DNA of 64,000 bases from Capsulimonadaceae bacterium. Lineage in GTDB: Bacteria > Armatimonadota > Armatimonadia > Armatimonadales > Capsulimonadaceae. The translations under genes were made by a program, and so were the position numbers. The first letter of the stretch is position 1. Every line of letters begins with the position of its first letter. Location: positions 2,176,001 to 2,240,000 of the forward strand of contig OZ244065.1 in NCBI GenBank assembly GCA_965215505.1. The letters run 5' to 3'. The notes under the pieces were generated by a model. The model ran no database searches. It was not told where the DNA came from and saw only the letters and a list, made by a program, of their open reading frames with translations. Shown here piece after piece: positions 8,838 to 19,463 of this stretch.

Positions 8838-11462
8838 TCATCTCTTCTGGACTGTTTCAGCGCTACTTGGTACTGTTAGCCACAGGGAATTCTCCACGTC
8901 CAGTGTCTGCGGTTCCGGCAAGTCTATGACACCGCCCTGGGAAAGCTCCAGTCTTTTAAGCTTCAGTTCCCCAAACATCACCTGCACCGTCACTTCCGTG
9001 CCGGACTCGACCGGCTTCTGTCGGCACGTCCCCCACACCGATCCGTTTGACCAGAACCATTGGCATGGTTCTGGCGAAGACCGGAAGCGGAGCGTCTGAG
9101 CCACAGCGTCATAGTGAAACCCGGTCAGCGCCAGCACCGCCGACCAGCTCGCCATCGCGCGGAAGTAGTGGTGGCCGCACTCGGCCTCGTCGAACGGGCT
9201 GCGCTTGCGCCCGTCATACCGATCACGGATCGCCTGGATGACGCGCAGGCCGTCCTCGCATTGGCCTTCGTAGAGCATCCCGACCGCTGCGACGTGTTCG
9301 TAGCCGGTCATCACCTCGTTGTAATAGGGGAACGGGCGCTTGGGGCGGCGGCCCAGTGGGTAGGTTGCCATCAGCATCGCCGACTCTTCCTGCAGCGCGA
9401 ACGTCCGCAGGTGGTTGAAGTGGCCGTACAGGTCGGTCTTGAAGTTGTAGCGCATCAGGCTGCGCAGGGTCGCCCGTACGTGTTCCGGGTCCAGCAGGTA
9501 GTCCAAGCCGCAGACGTGCGCCAGGTACTGCCCGACCAGTTGGTCTATCAGGCAGCCCGCGCCGAGCTGCAGTTCCGGGTCGGAGAGGTCGCGGGCACCC
9601 ATGCTCTCGTGCCGCAGGCCGGGCGCGATAGCGGCCTCATCACTGATGGGCCGTATCTGGTGCTCGTAATACTCGCCGTTGAAGAGATGCCGGTCTATCC
9701 AGCGACTGCCTCGATCAAAAAGGTCGCGGCAGGTAGCGGCGAACTCGCCTTCGCCCAGGTGACGCGCCATCTCTTCGCACGCGCGCAGTGCGCCCAGGTA
9801 CCACGCCCCCATCTGCGGGTTAGGGCCGTAGTATTCCACATCCATCGTGTTGTGCTGGCAGCCTTCCATCACGCCGTCTTTGTCCGCGTCCCAGCCGCCC
9901 TCGATCCAGCAGAACTCCAACGCCTTTTTTGCACGGGGCCAAAGCGAACTGAGCATGGCCTCATCGCCGGATAGACGCCAGTCCCGGTAGAGCTTCATCA
10001 GGCAGCCCATCTGCCCGTCCGCCGCCGCCAAGCCCCACTCTTGCGCCCGGCCCAGGGGCAGGTTGACTCGGAAGCTCATCAGGCCGTTCGGGGCGGTCGT
10101 GTGGCCGAACTCGACCTCGCGCATGGCGCGGGACAGGTCGCCGAACAGGAACGCCGTTGCCGTCTCGTAGTTGAAGACGTGGGTGCAGCTGCCGTGGCAG
10201 CACCCGCTCTTGTCGCCGCAGCCCTCCCACCCGTAGAACCGTCCGTCCGCCGTGCGGAAGCAGGTCTGCGTGCGCAGCGTCGAGAGGTTGAACAGAGCCG
10301 CCTCTTTCACCACGTCCGGCAGGTCGCTGCCGCAGAAGGCGCGCACGAATGCCACAGTGTCCTTCTCCAGACTGGGCAGGGCCACAACAGTGCGCTTGGC
10401 GACATCCCAGGCGTCGCGGTACTGGGTCGCGTAATGGTTGCCGATCCAGTCGGGATTGTCGGCCGGGTCGCCGCAGGAGCCATCCGCACAACCGCAGCTG
10501 TCGGCTTGGTTGGTAAGAGCCGGAGTCCAGGTCATTCGGTTGGGGAAGTGCCACGTCAGCAGGAACGTGATCTCCTGGCTGGAGCCGGCGGGTAGGTCCA
10601 GCGTCACCGCCAGGGAGGCGGTCGGCGCGTCTTCGTCCGTGGCCGTGCGTTCTTCCAGCCTGCCATCCTCGCTGAAGTCGTCCCAGAAGTCCAGCAGCGA
10701 GTCGCCCCAGCTCAGGGACGGCCAGGCGGTGCGATAGGTCACGCCGTCGGTCGTCGTCGTGCCGACCGCCATCGTCCCCCACTGTTCGGCCTGCGGGTCC
10801 ACGCCCTCGGAGCGCAGGAACACGCCGGACAAGCCGTCCGTCTGTCGGAAGACGTTCCTGTTTTTGCTTGGCTTCCCGTTCGACCCGTCCTGACCGATGA
10901 AGTTCTGGACGCTGCCGCAGACCGAGGCCGTCAGCGCGCCGTCCGTCCTGTTCGTCAGTACATAGCGCAGGAACGCGATGGGGATGCCGCTGCGCTCGGC
11001 GTCGCCTGGAATCAGCGGGTTAAAGGCCTGCAGCCGGACCTCGACCGGGACATCGGGATCGGAAAGAAGCACCTGCCCCAGCGGGTACGCCGCCTCGAAC
11101 CGGGCAGAGCGGAAACGCGGCAGGCCGTGGTTCTTAGCCGTGCTGCCGAAGTCACCCTCGTAGGCGGTCACGTCCAGCGGCCCTTCCAGAGCGCGCGTGA
11201 CGGAAAGCCCGTTGTCCGACCGAACATTCAGGGCGAAAAAGGTTCGCTCCGGCGTGAAGCCTTTCGCGGGTCGGTTGACCACCTCCCAATCCCGCAGGTC
11301 GCCGCGCCCGCCGAGCGAGACGGTCCCCGTGCCGATGCCGCCCAAGGGTAGGGCGATCCGCGCCAGATGGTCCTGGTCGTACTCACGCAGGACCGGCCAT
11401 GTTTCCGTCGGCAGTCGTCGTTCCTTCACGCTGTGTTGCTCCGCTGCCGCTGTGTGATTCAC
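8838..11462 (-). CDS. GH116 glycoside hydrolase
   Basis: IALPLGGIGTG, FYGWEGC, GSCTHV, AADGQMG, HNTMDVE, DQLVGQ, EAECGHHYFRAMASW. Confidence 0.9.
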   Translation of the reverse strand: MNHTAAAEQHSVKERRLPTETWPVLREYDQDHLARIALPLGGIGTGTVSLGGRGDLRDWEVVNRPAKGFTPERTFFALNVRSDNGLSVTRALEGPLDVTAYEGDFGSTAKNHGLPRFRSARFEAAYPLGQVLLSDPDVPVEVRLQAFNPLIPGDAERSGIPIAFLRYVLTNRTDGALTASVCGSVQNFIGQDGSNGKPSKNRNVFRQTDGLSGVFLRSEGVDPQAEQWGTMAVGTTTTDGVTYRTAWPSLSWGDSLLDFWDDFSEDGRLEERTATDEDAPTASLAVTLDLPAGSSQEITFLLTWHFPNRMTWTPALTNQADSCGCADGSCGDPADNPDWIGNHYATQYRDAWDVAKRTVVALPSLEKDTVAFVRAFCGSDLPDVVKEAALFNLSTLRTQTCFRTADGRFYGWEGCGDKSGCCHGSCTHVFNYETATAFLFGDLSRAMREVEFGHTTAPNGLMSFRVNLPLGRAQEWGLAAADGQMGCLMKLYRDWRLSGDEAMLSSLWPRAKKALEFCWIEGGWDADKDGVMEGCQHNTMDVEYYGPNPQMGAWYLGALRACEEMARHLGEGEFAATCRDLFDRGSRWIDRHLFNGEYYEHQIRPISDEAAIAPGLRHESMGARDLSDPELQLGAGCLIDQLVGQYLAHVCGLDYLLDPEHVRATLRSLMRYNFKTDLYGHFNHLRTFALQEESAMLMATYPLGRRPKRPFPYYNEVMTGYEHVAAVGMLYEGQCEDGLRVIQAIRDRYDGRKRSPFDEAECGHHYFRAMASWSAVLALTGFHYDAVAQTLRFRSSPEPCQWFWSNGSVWGTCRQKPVESGTEVTVQVMFGELKLKRLELSQGGVIDLPEPQTLDVENSLWLTVPSSAETVQKR

Positions 11463-11510
11463 GTGATTTCTCCTTCGTCAGGGTTTGCCGACCTGGACAG
11501 GGACATTTTG

Positions 11511-12557
11511 TCACCATTGGTAGAGGAAAACGTAGGTCCTGTATTCGGTCGGCGGGGGATCGCCGATCACCCCATAAACACCGCCGTAGCGTTCGCCGTC
11601 CCGGCAGGTGAGTCGGAAGCCGTGCTGGAAGAAGACGGGGTCGTCGTCGTGGAACCGGTACGCCGAGAAGGCGTTCTCGGCCTTGTTGATGTAGGTCAGT
11701 CCGGCGACCGCCCCGTAGTAGAGCTGGCTCTGATGGAAATAGCCCGACCCCAGGAAGTAGTCCTCCAGGCCCGACGACAGAAGCTCGGGATCCTTCGAGC
11801 CGTCGATATAGGCCCGGATGTTTCCCTCCATATAACTCAGGTCCGTCCAGTTGCCGGTCGCCTTGCGCTGCCCCTGTGCCGCCATCACGACCAGGTAGAG
11901 CATGCCTGCGCCCCGGACGTTGCACATATCGAACTCTTCCAGCGGCTTGGCGTCGTAGGGCTCCAGCGTGTAGAGCCTCAGTCGGGCATTGTCGGGCAGG
12001 CGCATTCCGCCGACGATCGTCGGCAGGTTGTCCGTTCCCCGGATCGTCCACCAGCCCTTTTTGCCCGTGCCGGCGTTGAAGACGTTCGTCATCGGGAAGA
12101 TGGTCACACGGACGCTTTTGCCGTAGGGGATGCGGTAGGTGTTGAACTGCGCTCCGTAGCGGCCCATCTTCGGGCTGCCGAAGGGCGCGGGCGAGCCGCC
12201 GAAGGCGTACCCGTGCCCCAGGTCCAGCGCCATGTCGATCGAGGGGCGCGCCTCCCCGTCCACATACACGCGCACCCGCACCCGCTCGTCCATGGCGAAG
12301 AACATATAGGTCAGGCAGCCATGGCCGGTGTGGCTGAGGAGTTCCGTTTCCTTGCCCGCCTGCAGCACGTCGCCGCCTTTGCCGCTGGCGCTGAAAGTCT
12401 TCAGGGCGTTAAAAGCGATGGCCGGGGTCCCTTTGACACTCTTCCCGGCGGGGCTCGCGGGCATGGCCGTGTCACGCTGAGGCGCGGCGCAGGAGGCGAG
12501 GGCCGTCAGCAGCACCACGGCGCTAAGTGTCAGGGACAGAGTGGCGTGACATTTCAT
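11511..12557 (-). CDS. DUF2961 (GH172-like) glycoside hydrolase, lipoprotein
   Basis: Lipobox [33 protein letters not shown]. Start set at MKCHAT; the ORF is open to 12632. Confidence 0.8.
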   Translation of the reverse strand: MKCHATLSLTLSAVVLLTALASCAAPQRDTAMPASPAGKSVKGTPAIAFNALKTFSASGKGGDVLQAGKETELLSHTGHGCLTYMFFAMDERVRVRVYVDGEARPSIDMALDLGHGYAFGGSPAPFGSPKMGRYGAQFNTYRIPYGKSVRVTIFPMTNVFNAGTGKKGWWTIRGTDNLPTIVGGMRLPDNARLRLYTLEPYDAKPLEEFDMCNVRGAGMLYLVVMAAQGQRKATGNWTDLSYMEGNIRAYIDGSKDPELLSSGLEDYFLGSGYFHQSQLYYGAVAGLTYINKAENAFSAYRFHDDDPVFFQHGFRLTCRDGERYGGVYGVIGDPPPTEYRTYVFLYQW

Positions 12558-12625
12558 TGTGGTTGAAGAGTGGCGCTTCATTGCCAGACGGTTCTTTCTT
12601 GGGCGTCCCTGCCGGACCATGGGAT

Positions 12626-13543
12626 TCACCATTCATAGACCCAGGTGTAGGTCGTGAAGCGCGTCGGCGGCGGGTCGTGGAGCACGGCGCCGTTCAGCTC
12701 CTCGCCGCACCGGCAGGTCAGCCGCAGGCCCGCCCGGAAGAAGATGGGGTCGTCATCGTGGAACCGGTACGCCGAGAAGGCTTTGCGCGCAGCGTCCAGG
12801 AACGTCAGGCCGGCGACCGCGCCGTAATAGAGCTGGTTCTGGTGGAAGTAACCCGAGCCGAGGAAGTAGTCTTCCAAGCCCGAAGACAGATACTGCGGCT
12901 CGGTCCCGCCGTTCAGGTAGGCCCGTATGCAGCCTTCCATGTAGCTGATATCTTTCCAGTCGCCAACGTTCCGCAGGCTCTCCGCGGCTATGGTGACTAA
13001 ATAGAGCAGGCCCGCGCCGGGGACGTCGCACAGGGCGAACTCCTCCAGAGGCTCGGCCTCGTGTCCCTCCAGGCGGTGCAGCCGCAGCCGCGCCCCGTCC
13101 GGCAGGCGCTGACCAGCGACCACAAGGGACAGATCTTCCGTCCCCCGGATGATCCACCAGATCTTCCGCCCTGTGACCCAGTCGAAGACAGCGGACGTGG
13201 GGAGCAGTGTGACGCGCACCCCGTCGCCGTAGGGGATGTGGTAGGTGTTGAAATGTCCCCCATACCTCCCCATCTTCGGACTGCCGAAGGGGGACGGCGA
13301 GCCCCCAAAGGCATACCCGTGGCCCATGTCCATTGCCATGTCGATCGAGGCCGCCGCCTCGCCGTCCACATAGACGCGGATGCGGACGCGCGGGTCCATG
13401 GCGAACCACATGTGTGTCAGGACGCCCCGCCCGGCGCGGCGGAACAGCTCGATCTCCCGGCCCGCTTCCAGCGCCTCGATCTCTTTGCCCATGGCGCTGA
13501 AGGTGTCCAACGTGTCCAAACTGTTCAACCGCTTACCACTCAT
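12626..13543 (-). CDS. DUF2961 (GH172-like) glycoside hydrolase
   Basis: [35 protein letters not shown]. Confidence 0.85.
   Translation of the reverse strand: MSGKRLNSLDTLDTFSAMGKEIEALEAGREIELFRRAGRGVLTHMWFAMDPRVRIRVYVDGEAAASIDMAMDMGHGYAFGGSPSPFGSPKMGRYGGHFNTYHIPYGDGVRVTLLPTSAVFDWVTGRKIWWIIRGTEDLSLVVAGQRLPDGARLRLHRLEGHEAEPLEEFALCDVPGAGLLYLVTIAAESLRNVGDWKDISYMEGCIRAYLNGGTEPQYLSSGLEDYFLGSGYFHQNQLYYGAVAGLTFLDAARKAFSAYRFHDDDPIFFRAGLRLTCRCGEELNGAVLHDPPPTRFTTYTWVYEW
12633..12775. repeat. 143-bp direct repeat, copy 1 (3' end of a DUF2961 gene)
   Basis: Matches 13540-13682 with one mismatch by manual alignment. Confidence 0.9.
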
Positions 13544-14558
13544 AGACCCAGGTGTAGGTCGTGAAGCGCGTCGGCGGCGGGTCGTGGAGCACGGCGCCGT
13601 TCAGCTCCTCGCCGCACCGGCAGGTCAGCCGCAGGCCCGCCCGGAAGAAGATGGGGTCGTCGTCGTGGAACCGGTACGCCGAAAACGCGTTCTTTTCGGC
13701 GTCGAAGTGCGTCAGCCCGGCCAGGGCGTTCGCGTACAACCCCCGGTTAAAGTAGTAGGTGCCCAGGAAGTAGTCTTCCAGGCCCGAGGAGAGCAGGACC
13801 GGGGCCGGCTCGCCGTTCACATAGGCCCGCACGATGGCCTCCAGGTAGCTGATGTCCTTCCAGTCGCCGACGTTCCGCAGGCTCTCCGCGGCCATGGTGA
13901 CCTGGTACAGCGCGCCCGCACCCGGAACGTCGCACAGCACGAACTCTTCCAGGGGCGGGGCGACAAAGTCCGCGTGGGTATGCAGGCGCAGCCGCGCCCG
14001 GTCCGGCAGGCGCACGCCCGCTAACGTCACCGGGAGGTTCTTGGTGCCGCGCACGATCCACCAGAAGGCGGCCCCGTCGGGCGAGGCGGCATCCCGCTGG
14101 GCGGTCACCCGGACGCCTGCGCCGAAGGGGATCTTGTAGGTGTTGTAGACGCCGCTGGGATGGCCGGTCTTGCCCATCTTTTCGGTGCCCCAGGGCGCGG
14201 CCGTGTCCCCAAACCCGTAGCCGTGGCCCAGCCCCATTTCCATCTCGATGGAGGGGTGCGTTTCGCCGTCCACATAGACGCGCAGCCGCGTCTTCTCAAA
14301 GCCGGGCCAGTCGCCCCCGAACCACATGTGGGTGAGGCAGCCCCGGCCTTCCACGCGCAGCAGCTCCGCCTCGGCGTAACCGTCCAGCACGAGGACCTCC
14401 TTGCCGATGGCGCAGAAGGTCTCCAGCGAGGCGACGTCGTCGGCCGACCCGGCGTGCGGTGCTGCCGTCAAAGCCGTCCCGTTCGCGCCCGGTTTCGTGT
14501 CAGATGCAGTCACGGGCAGTGCCTCTCCGCCATTCAAAAATACCTCTCCGCTAATCAA
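13533..14558 (-). CDS. DUF2961 (GH172-like) glycoside hydrolase
   Basis: [43 protein letters not shown]; exact start uncertain. Confidence 0.85.
   Translation of the reverse strand: MISGEVFLNGGEALPVTASDTKPGANGTALTAAPHAGSADDVASLETFCAIGKEVLVLDGYAEAELLRVEGRGCLTHMWFGGDWPGFEKTRLRVYVDGETHPSIEMEMGLGHGYGFGDTAAPWGTEKMGKTGHPSGVYNTYKIPFGAGVRVTAQRDAASPDGAAFWWIVRGTKNLPVTLAGVRLPDRARLRLHTHADFVAPPLEEFVLCDVPGAGALYQVTMAAESLRNVGDWKDISYLEAIVRAYVNGEPAPVLLSSGLEDYFLGTYYFNRGLYANALAGLTHFDAEKNAFSAYRFHDDDPIFFRAGLRLTCRCGEELNGAVLHDPPPTRFTTYTWVYEW
13540..13682. repeat. 143-bp direct repeat, copy 2
   Basis: Matches 12633-12775. Confidence 0.9.
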
Positions 14559-15633
14559 AGACGATCACCACTTTCCCGCTCTGGCCCCTGTCGGCCACCT
14601 CATATGCTTCGGCGGCCTGGTCCAGCCGGAACCGGTGCGTCACCGTCTTCTCCGGGTGCAGGTCCCACCGCGACAGACGCTCCACCAGGTCCTCCATGTG
14701 GCTCAGCGACGTCACCCACGACCCGTACAGCGTGATCTGCGGGTGGATCAGGAAGGGGGACACGTCGAAATCCACCGTCCCGCCTTCGCCCACGAACGCG
14801 CACCGGCCCCACTGCCGAGTCCCCCGCAGGGCCAGCTTGCGGGCGGGAGCCGCCCCGGAACAGTCAATGCTGGCCTCGCAGCCCTTGCCCCCCGTCGTCG
14901 CCTTGATCTTGTCCAGCGCACCGGCGTCGCTCAGGAACGCCGCGTCCACCAGGCCTAACTCGCATGCCAGATCAATCCGGCCCTGGCTGGTGTCCACGCC
15001 GATCACCTGCGTCGCCCCCAGCGCCCGCCCCAGCATCGCCGCCGCCAGGCCCACCGGACCCAGGCCCGTCACCAGCAGCCGGTCCCGGCCGCCGACGTTG
15101 ATCCGCGTCAGCGCCTCCCAGGCTGTGCCGAAGCCGCAGGCGACCAGGGCGCCGTCAATATAGCTCAGGTTGTCGGGGAGGGCGATGCAGGTGTTCTCCT
15201 CGGCCAGCAGGAACGGTGCGTGGCCGCCGTCCCGCTGCCAGCCGTAGGCGGCCCGGAACGGCGAGTGGCAGGAGATCATGTACCCGGCCTGGCAGTCCTC
15301 GCAGACCCCGCAGCCGCTGATGTGGTACAGGACCACCCGGTCGCCCACTTTAAAGCGCTTGCAGCCCGGCCCGACTTCGGCGATCTGCCCGCACGGCTCG
15401 TGGCCAGCCAGGACGCCCTTGTACGCCTCGTCGCCGACGCCCAGGTGCTCGCGGTAGATGGCCCGGATGTCGCTGCCGCAGATGGAGGACGCCTTCATCT
15501 GGACCAAGACCTGCCCGTGCCCCGGCGTGGGGATCGGCTGCTCCCGGAAGGCGACGGTGCTGTTGCCGGGCAGCACAACGCCCCGCATCGCTCTTCCTGC
15601 CGTCCCGCGCGTTGGAGTTGTTTGTGTCATCAT
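14551..15633 (-). CDS. Zinc-dependent (MDR family) sugar/alcohol dehydrogenase
   Basis: [20 protein letters not shown]....C structural Zn site, GLGPVG. Confidence 0.9.
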   Translation of the reverse strand: MMTQTTPTRGTAGRAMRGVVLPGNSTVAFREQPIPTPGHGQVLVQMKASSICGSDIRAIYREHLGVGDEAYKGVLAGHEPCGQIAEVGPGCKRFKVGDRVVLYHISGCGVCEDCQAGYMISCHSPFRAAYGWQRDGGHAPFLLAEENTCIALPDNLSYIDGALVACGFGTAWEALTRINVGGRDRLLVTGLGPVGLAAAMLGRALGATQVIGVDTSQGRIDLACELGLVDAAFLSDAGALDKIKATTGGKGCEASIDCSGAAPARKLALRGTRQWGRCAFVGEGGTVDFDVSPFLIHPQITLYGSWVTSLSHMEDLVERLSRWDLHPEKTVTHRFRLDQAAEAYEVADRGQSGKVVIVFD

Positions 15634-15668
15634 CAGTCTCTTCCCTTCGAGTATCGGTCACTTCGGTG

Positions 15669-16727
15669 TCAAGGAGGCGTGATCTCACCGGTCACGTCCC
15701 ACAGATCCTCCCAGGTCTGGCCGTCTTTCCACAGGAAGACGTGGCCCTTGATCAACCGATTGTTCTTGTCAATGCCCGCAATGGCCTGCATCTCCGCCTC
15801 GGTCAGCGGGTCGCCGCCGACGCCTTGCAGGGTCGCCAGATACTGCGAGCGCTTGACCGAGAACGGGATCGCCGCTCCCCCGCGCTGCACTGCCCACTTG
15901 ACGCAGACCACGGCGGGGTGGACGCCAAGACGCTGGGCGATGCGTACGATGACCGGGTCTTCCACGTCCACGGTGTCATCGGGCGTCCGGTCTCGTTCGG
16001 GACGGGAGGGTGAGCCGATGGGGGAATAGCCGATGGGCAGGATGCCGTTGTCCACAATGTACTGGAACAGGTCCGGCTGCTGGAAGTGGGGGTGCAGTTC
16101 CATCTCGTTGGCGGCGGGTTTGATGTCCGCATCGCGCAGGAGGAGCTCCAGCTTGGGGATCGTCATGTTGGACGTGCCGATATGCCGAACCAGGCCCGCC
16201 TCAACCAGCTGCTCCATCTGCCGCCACGTTCGCACATAGTCGTCGTGGAGGTAGGCCCTGGCGTGGGGGTCGCGGGAATGGGCGTCCACGCCTTTGCCGT
16301 GCGAATTGGGGAAGGGCCAATGGACAAGATAAAGATCGAGGTAGTCGAGCTGTAAGTCCCGCAACGACTGCCGGCAGGACTCGATGACCTGGCCGTGCTT
16401 GTCGTTCCAGACTTTGGAGGTGATCCACAGGTCTTCGCGGGGGATGTCGCCCTCCATGATGGCCCGGAGGGAGCGGCCCACGGCGTCCTCGTTGCCGTAG
16501 ACGCTGGCGCAGTCGAAGTGGCGGTAGCCGACCGAAGCGGCGCCGACGACGGCCTTGGCGATCTGCTCGGTGGAATAGTTGTCCGAGCCGAAGGTGCCCA
16601 GGCCGAGGGCAGGCATGGCCGCGCCGGTCGGCAGGGTCATGTGGGGGACACGGCTGGGGTCTACCCCATCGGCGGCGGTAGCAAACGGCGCCAGATCAGT
16701 TCCACTCGGATCATCCATAACTGTCAT
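15669..16727 (-). CDS. Aldo/keto reductase
   Basis: MPALGLGT, GYRHFDCASVYGNE, TSKVWN, LDYLDLYLVHWP, IGTSN. The ATG at 16727 overlaps the LacI stop (ATGA). Confidence 0.9.
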   Translation of the reverse strand: MTVMDDPSGTDLAPFATAADGVDPSRVPHMTLPTGAAMPALGLGTFGSDNYSTEQIAKAVVGAASVGYRHFDCASVYGNEDAVGRSLRAIMEGDIPREDLWITSKVWNDKHGQVIESCRQSLRDLQLDYLDLYLVHWPFPNSHGKGVDAHSRDPHARAYLHDDYVRTWRQMEQLVEAGLVRHIGTSNMTIPKLELLLRDADIKPAANEMELHPHFQQPDLFQYIVDNGILPIGYSPIGSPSRPERDRTPDDTVDVEDPVIVRIAQRLGVHPAVVCVKWAVQRGGAAIPFSVKRSQYLATLQGVGGDPLTEAEMQAIAGIDKNNRLIKGHVFLWKDGQTWEDLWDVTGEITPP

Positions 16728-17779
16728 AGTCTGTTTTCTATACTCTCTGCGGGCCCGCGCCATTCGCCACTAGAACGTCGCACAATGAGTTCGCCGTCGA
16801 GCAAAACTTCACGGAACGGGGGCGGGTCCTTGGCGTCGAGGCGCGTGAGCAGGATTTCAACGGCTTTTCGCCCCATCTCATAGGCAGGCTGGTCTACCAC
16901 CGTAAGGAAAGGAAAGGTCACAAAGGCCGGCGGGAGATCGTCAAAGGCGACCAGCGCCACGTCCTCCGGTACCCGTCTCCCGGCATCGTGCAGCGCATTC
17001 AGTGCGCCGATGGCGAGGAAGTTGTTGGTCGCAAAGAGGGCGGTCGGGCTTGGCGCATCAGACAATGCTCGCAAGGTCATGTCGTACCCGCTCTTCTGGG
17101 TCAGGTTGCCGTAATAGACCGGGGCGATGTCGCCGTGATAGACGCGGGCACCCCGCTCGAGGCCAGCCTCCGCCAGCGCCCTCTGGAAACCCGCGACCCG
17201 GTCGTCGGAGGTGAGTAGGCCCTGCGGCCCCGCCACCGTCGCCACCGTCCGGTGACCAAGCGAGACGAGCAGCCGGCCCAGCTGATAAGCCCCCTGCCCC
17301 GAGTCACACCGCACCACGTCCACATTCGCTCCACCGACGCGGCGGTCCAGCACCACCACGGGCGTCTGCTGGTGCTGGATGACGCGGAGCGACTCCGTGG
17401 CGTCGCCTGCGGGCACCAGCAGGACGCCGTCCACCTGCTTTTGCAGCAGCATCTGGAGGGATCGCCGCTCCTTGGCCTCGTGCTCGTCGGTGTTGCTCAG
17501 GATGACCATGAAGCCCGCGTCGCTGGCCGCATCTTCGACGCCGCGGGCGACCGTGGTGAAGAACGGGTTGGTGACGTCGGTCACGACCAGAGCCAGCGTG
17601 TTCGTGCGCCGGGAGCGCAGGCTCCGCGCCAGGGTATTCGGAACGTATCCGAGATCGGCAATGGCCGTCTCGACCCGCGCCCGCATCGCCTCGGCGACGT
17701 AGCCGGACTTGTTGACCACGCGGGAAACGGTCATCGGCGCGACGCCCGCCTGCTTGGCGACATCCTGGATTGTAGGCAT
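16724..17779 (-). CDS. LacI-family transcriptional regulator
   Basis: TIQDVAKQAGVAPMTVSRVVN HTH, YVPNTLARSL hinge, VPEDVALVAFDD. Confidence 0.95.
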   Translation of the reverse strand: MPTIQDVAKQAGVAPMTVSRVVNKSGYVAEAMRARVETAIADLGYVPNTLARSLRSRRTNTLALVVTDVTNPFFTTVARGVEDAASDAGFMVILSNTDEHEAKERRSLQMLLQKQVDGVLLVPAGDATESLRVIQHQQTPVVVLDRRVGGANVDVVRCDSGQGAYQLGRLLVSLGHRTVATVAGPQGLLTSDDRVAGFQRALAEAGLERGARVYHGDIAPVYYGNLTQKSGYDMTLRALSDAPSPTALFATNNFLAIGALNALHDAGRRVPEDVALVAFDDLPPAFVTFPFLTVVDQPAYEMGRKAVEILLTRLDAKDPPPFREVLLDGELIVRRSSGEWRGPAESIENRL

Positions 17780-17804
17780 AAGCGCATTCTACCACCGGCT
17801 GCGA

Positions 17805-18653
17805 TTAATTTGGGCTGAACGTGACGTACATGCCATTTTGTCCCATGGTCTGCGTGCCGGCGGCGGAGCAGCAGGGGACGCCCGCGCTGCCCGCCGGGAC
17901 GTCCTGGGGATTGTTCGGACTCGGGTTAGTGCCGCCAGGGGATACCTGCGAGGGCCGGAACCATTTCACATGGCCGTCCAGCATGGCGAAGTTACTGCCG
18001 TCCGAGTGGCGGCCGGTCTGCTTGTTCCAGGCGTCCTGGCGGCCCAGATGATGCACGGGGCTTCCCATCCAGCCCGTGTCGTACTGGGCGATGCTATTCG
18101 GACGAACGCCCGGAATCTGGTCGATCCAGCCGGCCCCGCCCTCACCGCCGTCCCCAGCAGGGGCACCCTTGCTCGGTGAGGCGAGTTCGGCGTCAGCGCT
18201 CGTCGGGTCCGTCTGAGCATTAGTCGTTTCGAACAAAAGTACAGTAACGGCTGGCGAGTTGTGGGTGGAGATATTGCCGTTCGGCCCGAAGGCATTGAGC
18301 TGATCGTTGACCCCATAAGACATCGGCACGAGGTTACCGTTCGCCGGGGTCGGGTCATCAGGGCAGAGAAAAATGCCGGTGCTCTTCGCGAACGGGTAGA
18401 TGAAGTGCGCCCAGCCGCGCCCCGGCGAGCCGTTGTCGGGCGGCATCAGCTCGTCGCTGTCCTGGGTGTACTGGAGGAAGGTCAGCGTGATCTGTTTCTC
18501 ATTAGACTGGCAGGAGGCGCGGCGCGCGTTCTCCCGGACCTTCTGGAAGACGGGGAAGAGAATGGCGGCAAGAATCGCAATGATAGCGATTACGACAAGA
18601 AGCTCGATCAGTGTGAAGCCCTGCTGGCCTCTACGACCTGTTGCAAGAAACAT
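17805..18653 (-). CDS. DUF1559 prepilin-type N-methylation protein with H-X9-DG C-terminal motif
   Basis: [54 protein letters not shown]. Confidence 0.9.
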   Translation of the reverse strand: MFLATGRRGQQGFTLIELLVVIAIIAILAAILFPVFQKVRENARRASCQSNEKQITLTFLQYTQDSDELMPPDNGSPGRGWAHFIYPFAKSTGIFLCPDDPTPANGNLVPMSYGVNDQLNAFGPNGNISTHNSPAVTVLLFETTNAQTDPTSADAELASPSKGAPAGDGGEGGAGWIDQIPGVRPNSIAQYDTGWMGSPVHHLGRQDAWNKQTGRHSDGSNFAMLDGHVKWFRPSQVSPGGTNPSPNNPQDVPAGSAGVPCCSAAGTQTMGQNGMYVTFSPN

Positions 18654-18701
18654 GTGACCTCCTCAAAAATGGCGCAACTCCGCTGAAGCGCCGCCCTAGA
18701 C

Positions 18702-18740
18702 TGTGATAACGATATCACAATATGTGGTATCGTTATCATA
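18702..18740. promoter_or_regulatory. Two LacI-type operators
   Basis: TGTGATAACGATATCACA (18702-18719) and TGTGGTATCGTTATCATA (18723-18740): near-palindromes with central CG, inverted relative to each other with 2 mismatches. Confidence 0.8.
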
Positions 18741-18766
18741 CTAACACAGATTTTTGGAAATGTCAA
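18738..18766 (-). promoter_or_regulatory. Sigma70 promoter of the sugar operon
   Basis: TTGACA (18766-18761), 17 bp, TAGTAT (18743-18738) with an extended TG; the -10 box overlaps operator 2. Confidence 0.75.
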
Positions 18767-19029
18767 GCCCAAGGAAAATAATTTGCTTCTTCTTTAGATT
18801 GTCTTGCCCCCTCTTGAACTTGCATGCTATAACCCCGTGATCTGTTCACAACCAGAGTGCATTTTCCAAATGTCATCTGAGCCAGAGCCTTATGCTGGCT
18901 CAAGTCACGAGCGCTTGGTAGCTTACCTTGGTCTTGTCGTACCGGATCGCCACCCACCGTGACTGCTTCAGCCGCAGAAAGGTTCGCTCGATCACGTCGC
19001 GCTCTTTGTATGACTCGGCGTCGAACTTG

Positions 19030-19463
19030 TAGGGACGCTAGCCGGCACGCCCTTTCCCCTGGCGATGCGCGCGCTGGTCCCGCCGCTCCGGGATCAGCAT
19101 CTTTTCCGGGATCAGTATCTTCACGCCCTGCCCCGGAGCAGACGGCGGCAGGAGGGATGGCTGTACCCCTTGTCGCCCAGCACACAAACCGGACGCTTGC
19201 ACGGGTGACCGCGCCCGCCGCCATCCTCTCCGATGTGCTAGGGCGCCCGATCCGGCACATCCAGGTCTCGCCTAACCAGGCGCGGGACGCCTTCCTGAGC
19301 ATAGGTGCCAGCCCGGCCTCCACCGCCCTCTACGTGGAGATGTATCAGGGCTTCTCCCACGATCCGACGCGCGGCCGAGCCGCGCTCGCCCGAAACTGCC
19401 ACGCCGACTACCTTGGACGTCTTAGCGGGCGAGGTGCTGGCGCCGCTGGTCAAGGCCCCCTAG
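19030..19463 (+). pseudogene. Degraded NmrA-like NAD(P)-binding protein
   Basis: Fragments AAILSDVLGRPIRHIQVS...LYVEMYQGF and, in another frame, PETATPTTLDVLAGEVLAP*; no intact N-terminus. Confidence 0.45.
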
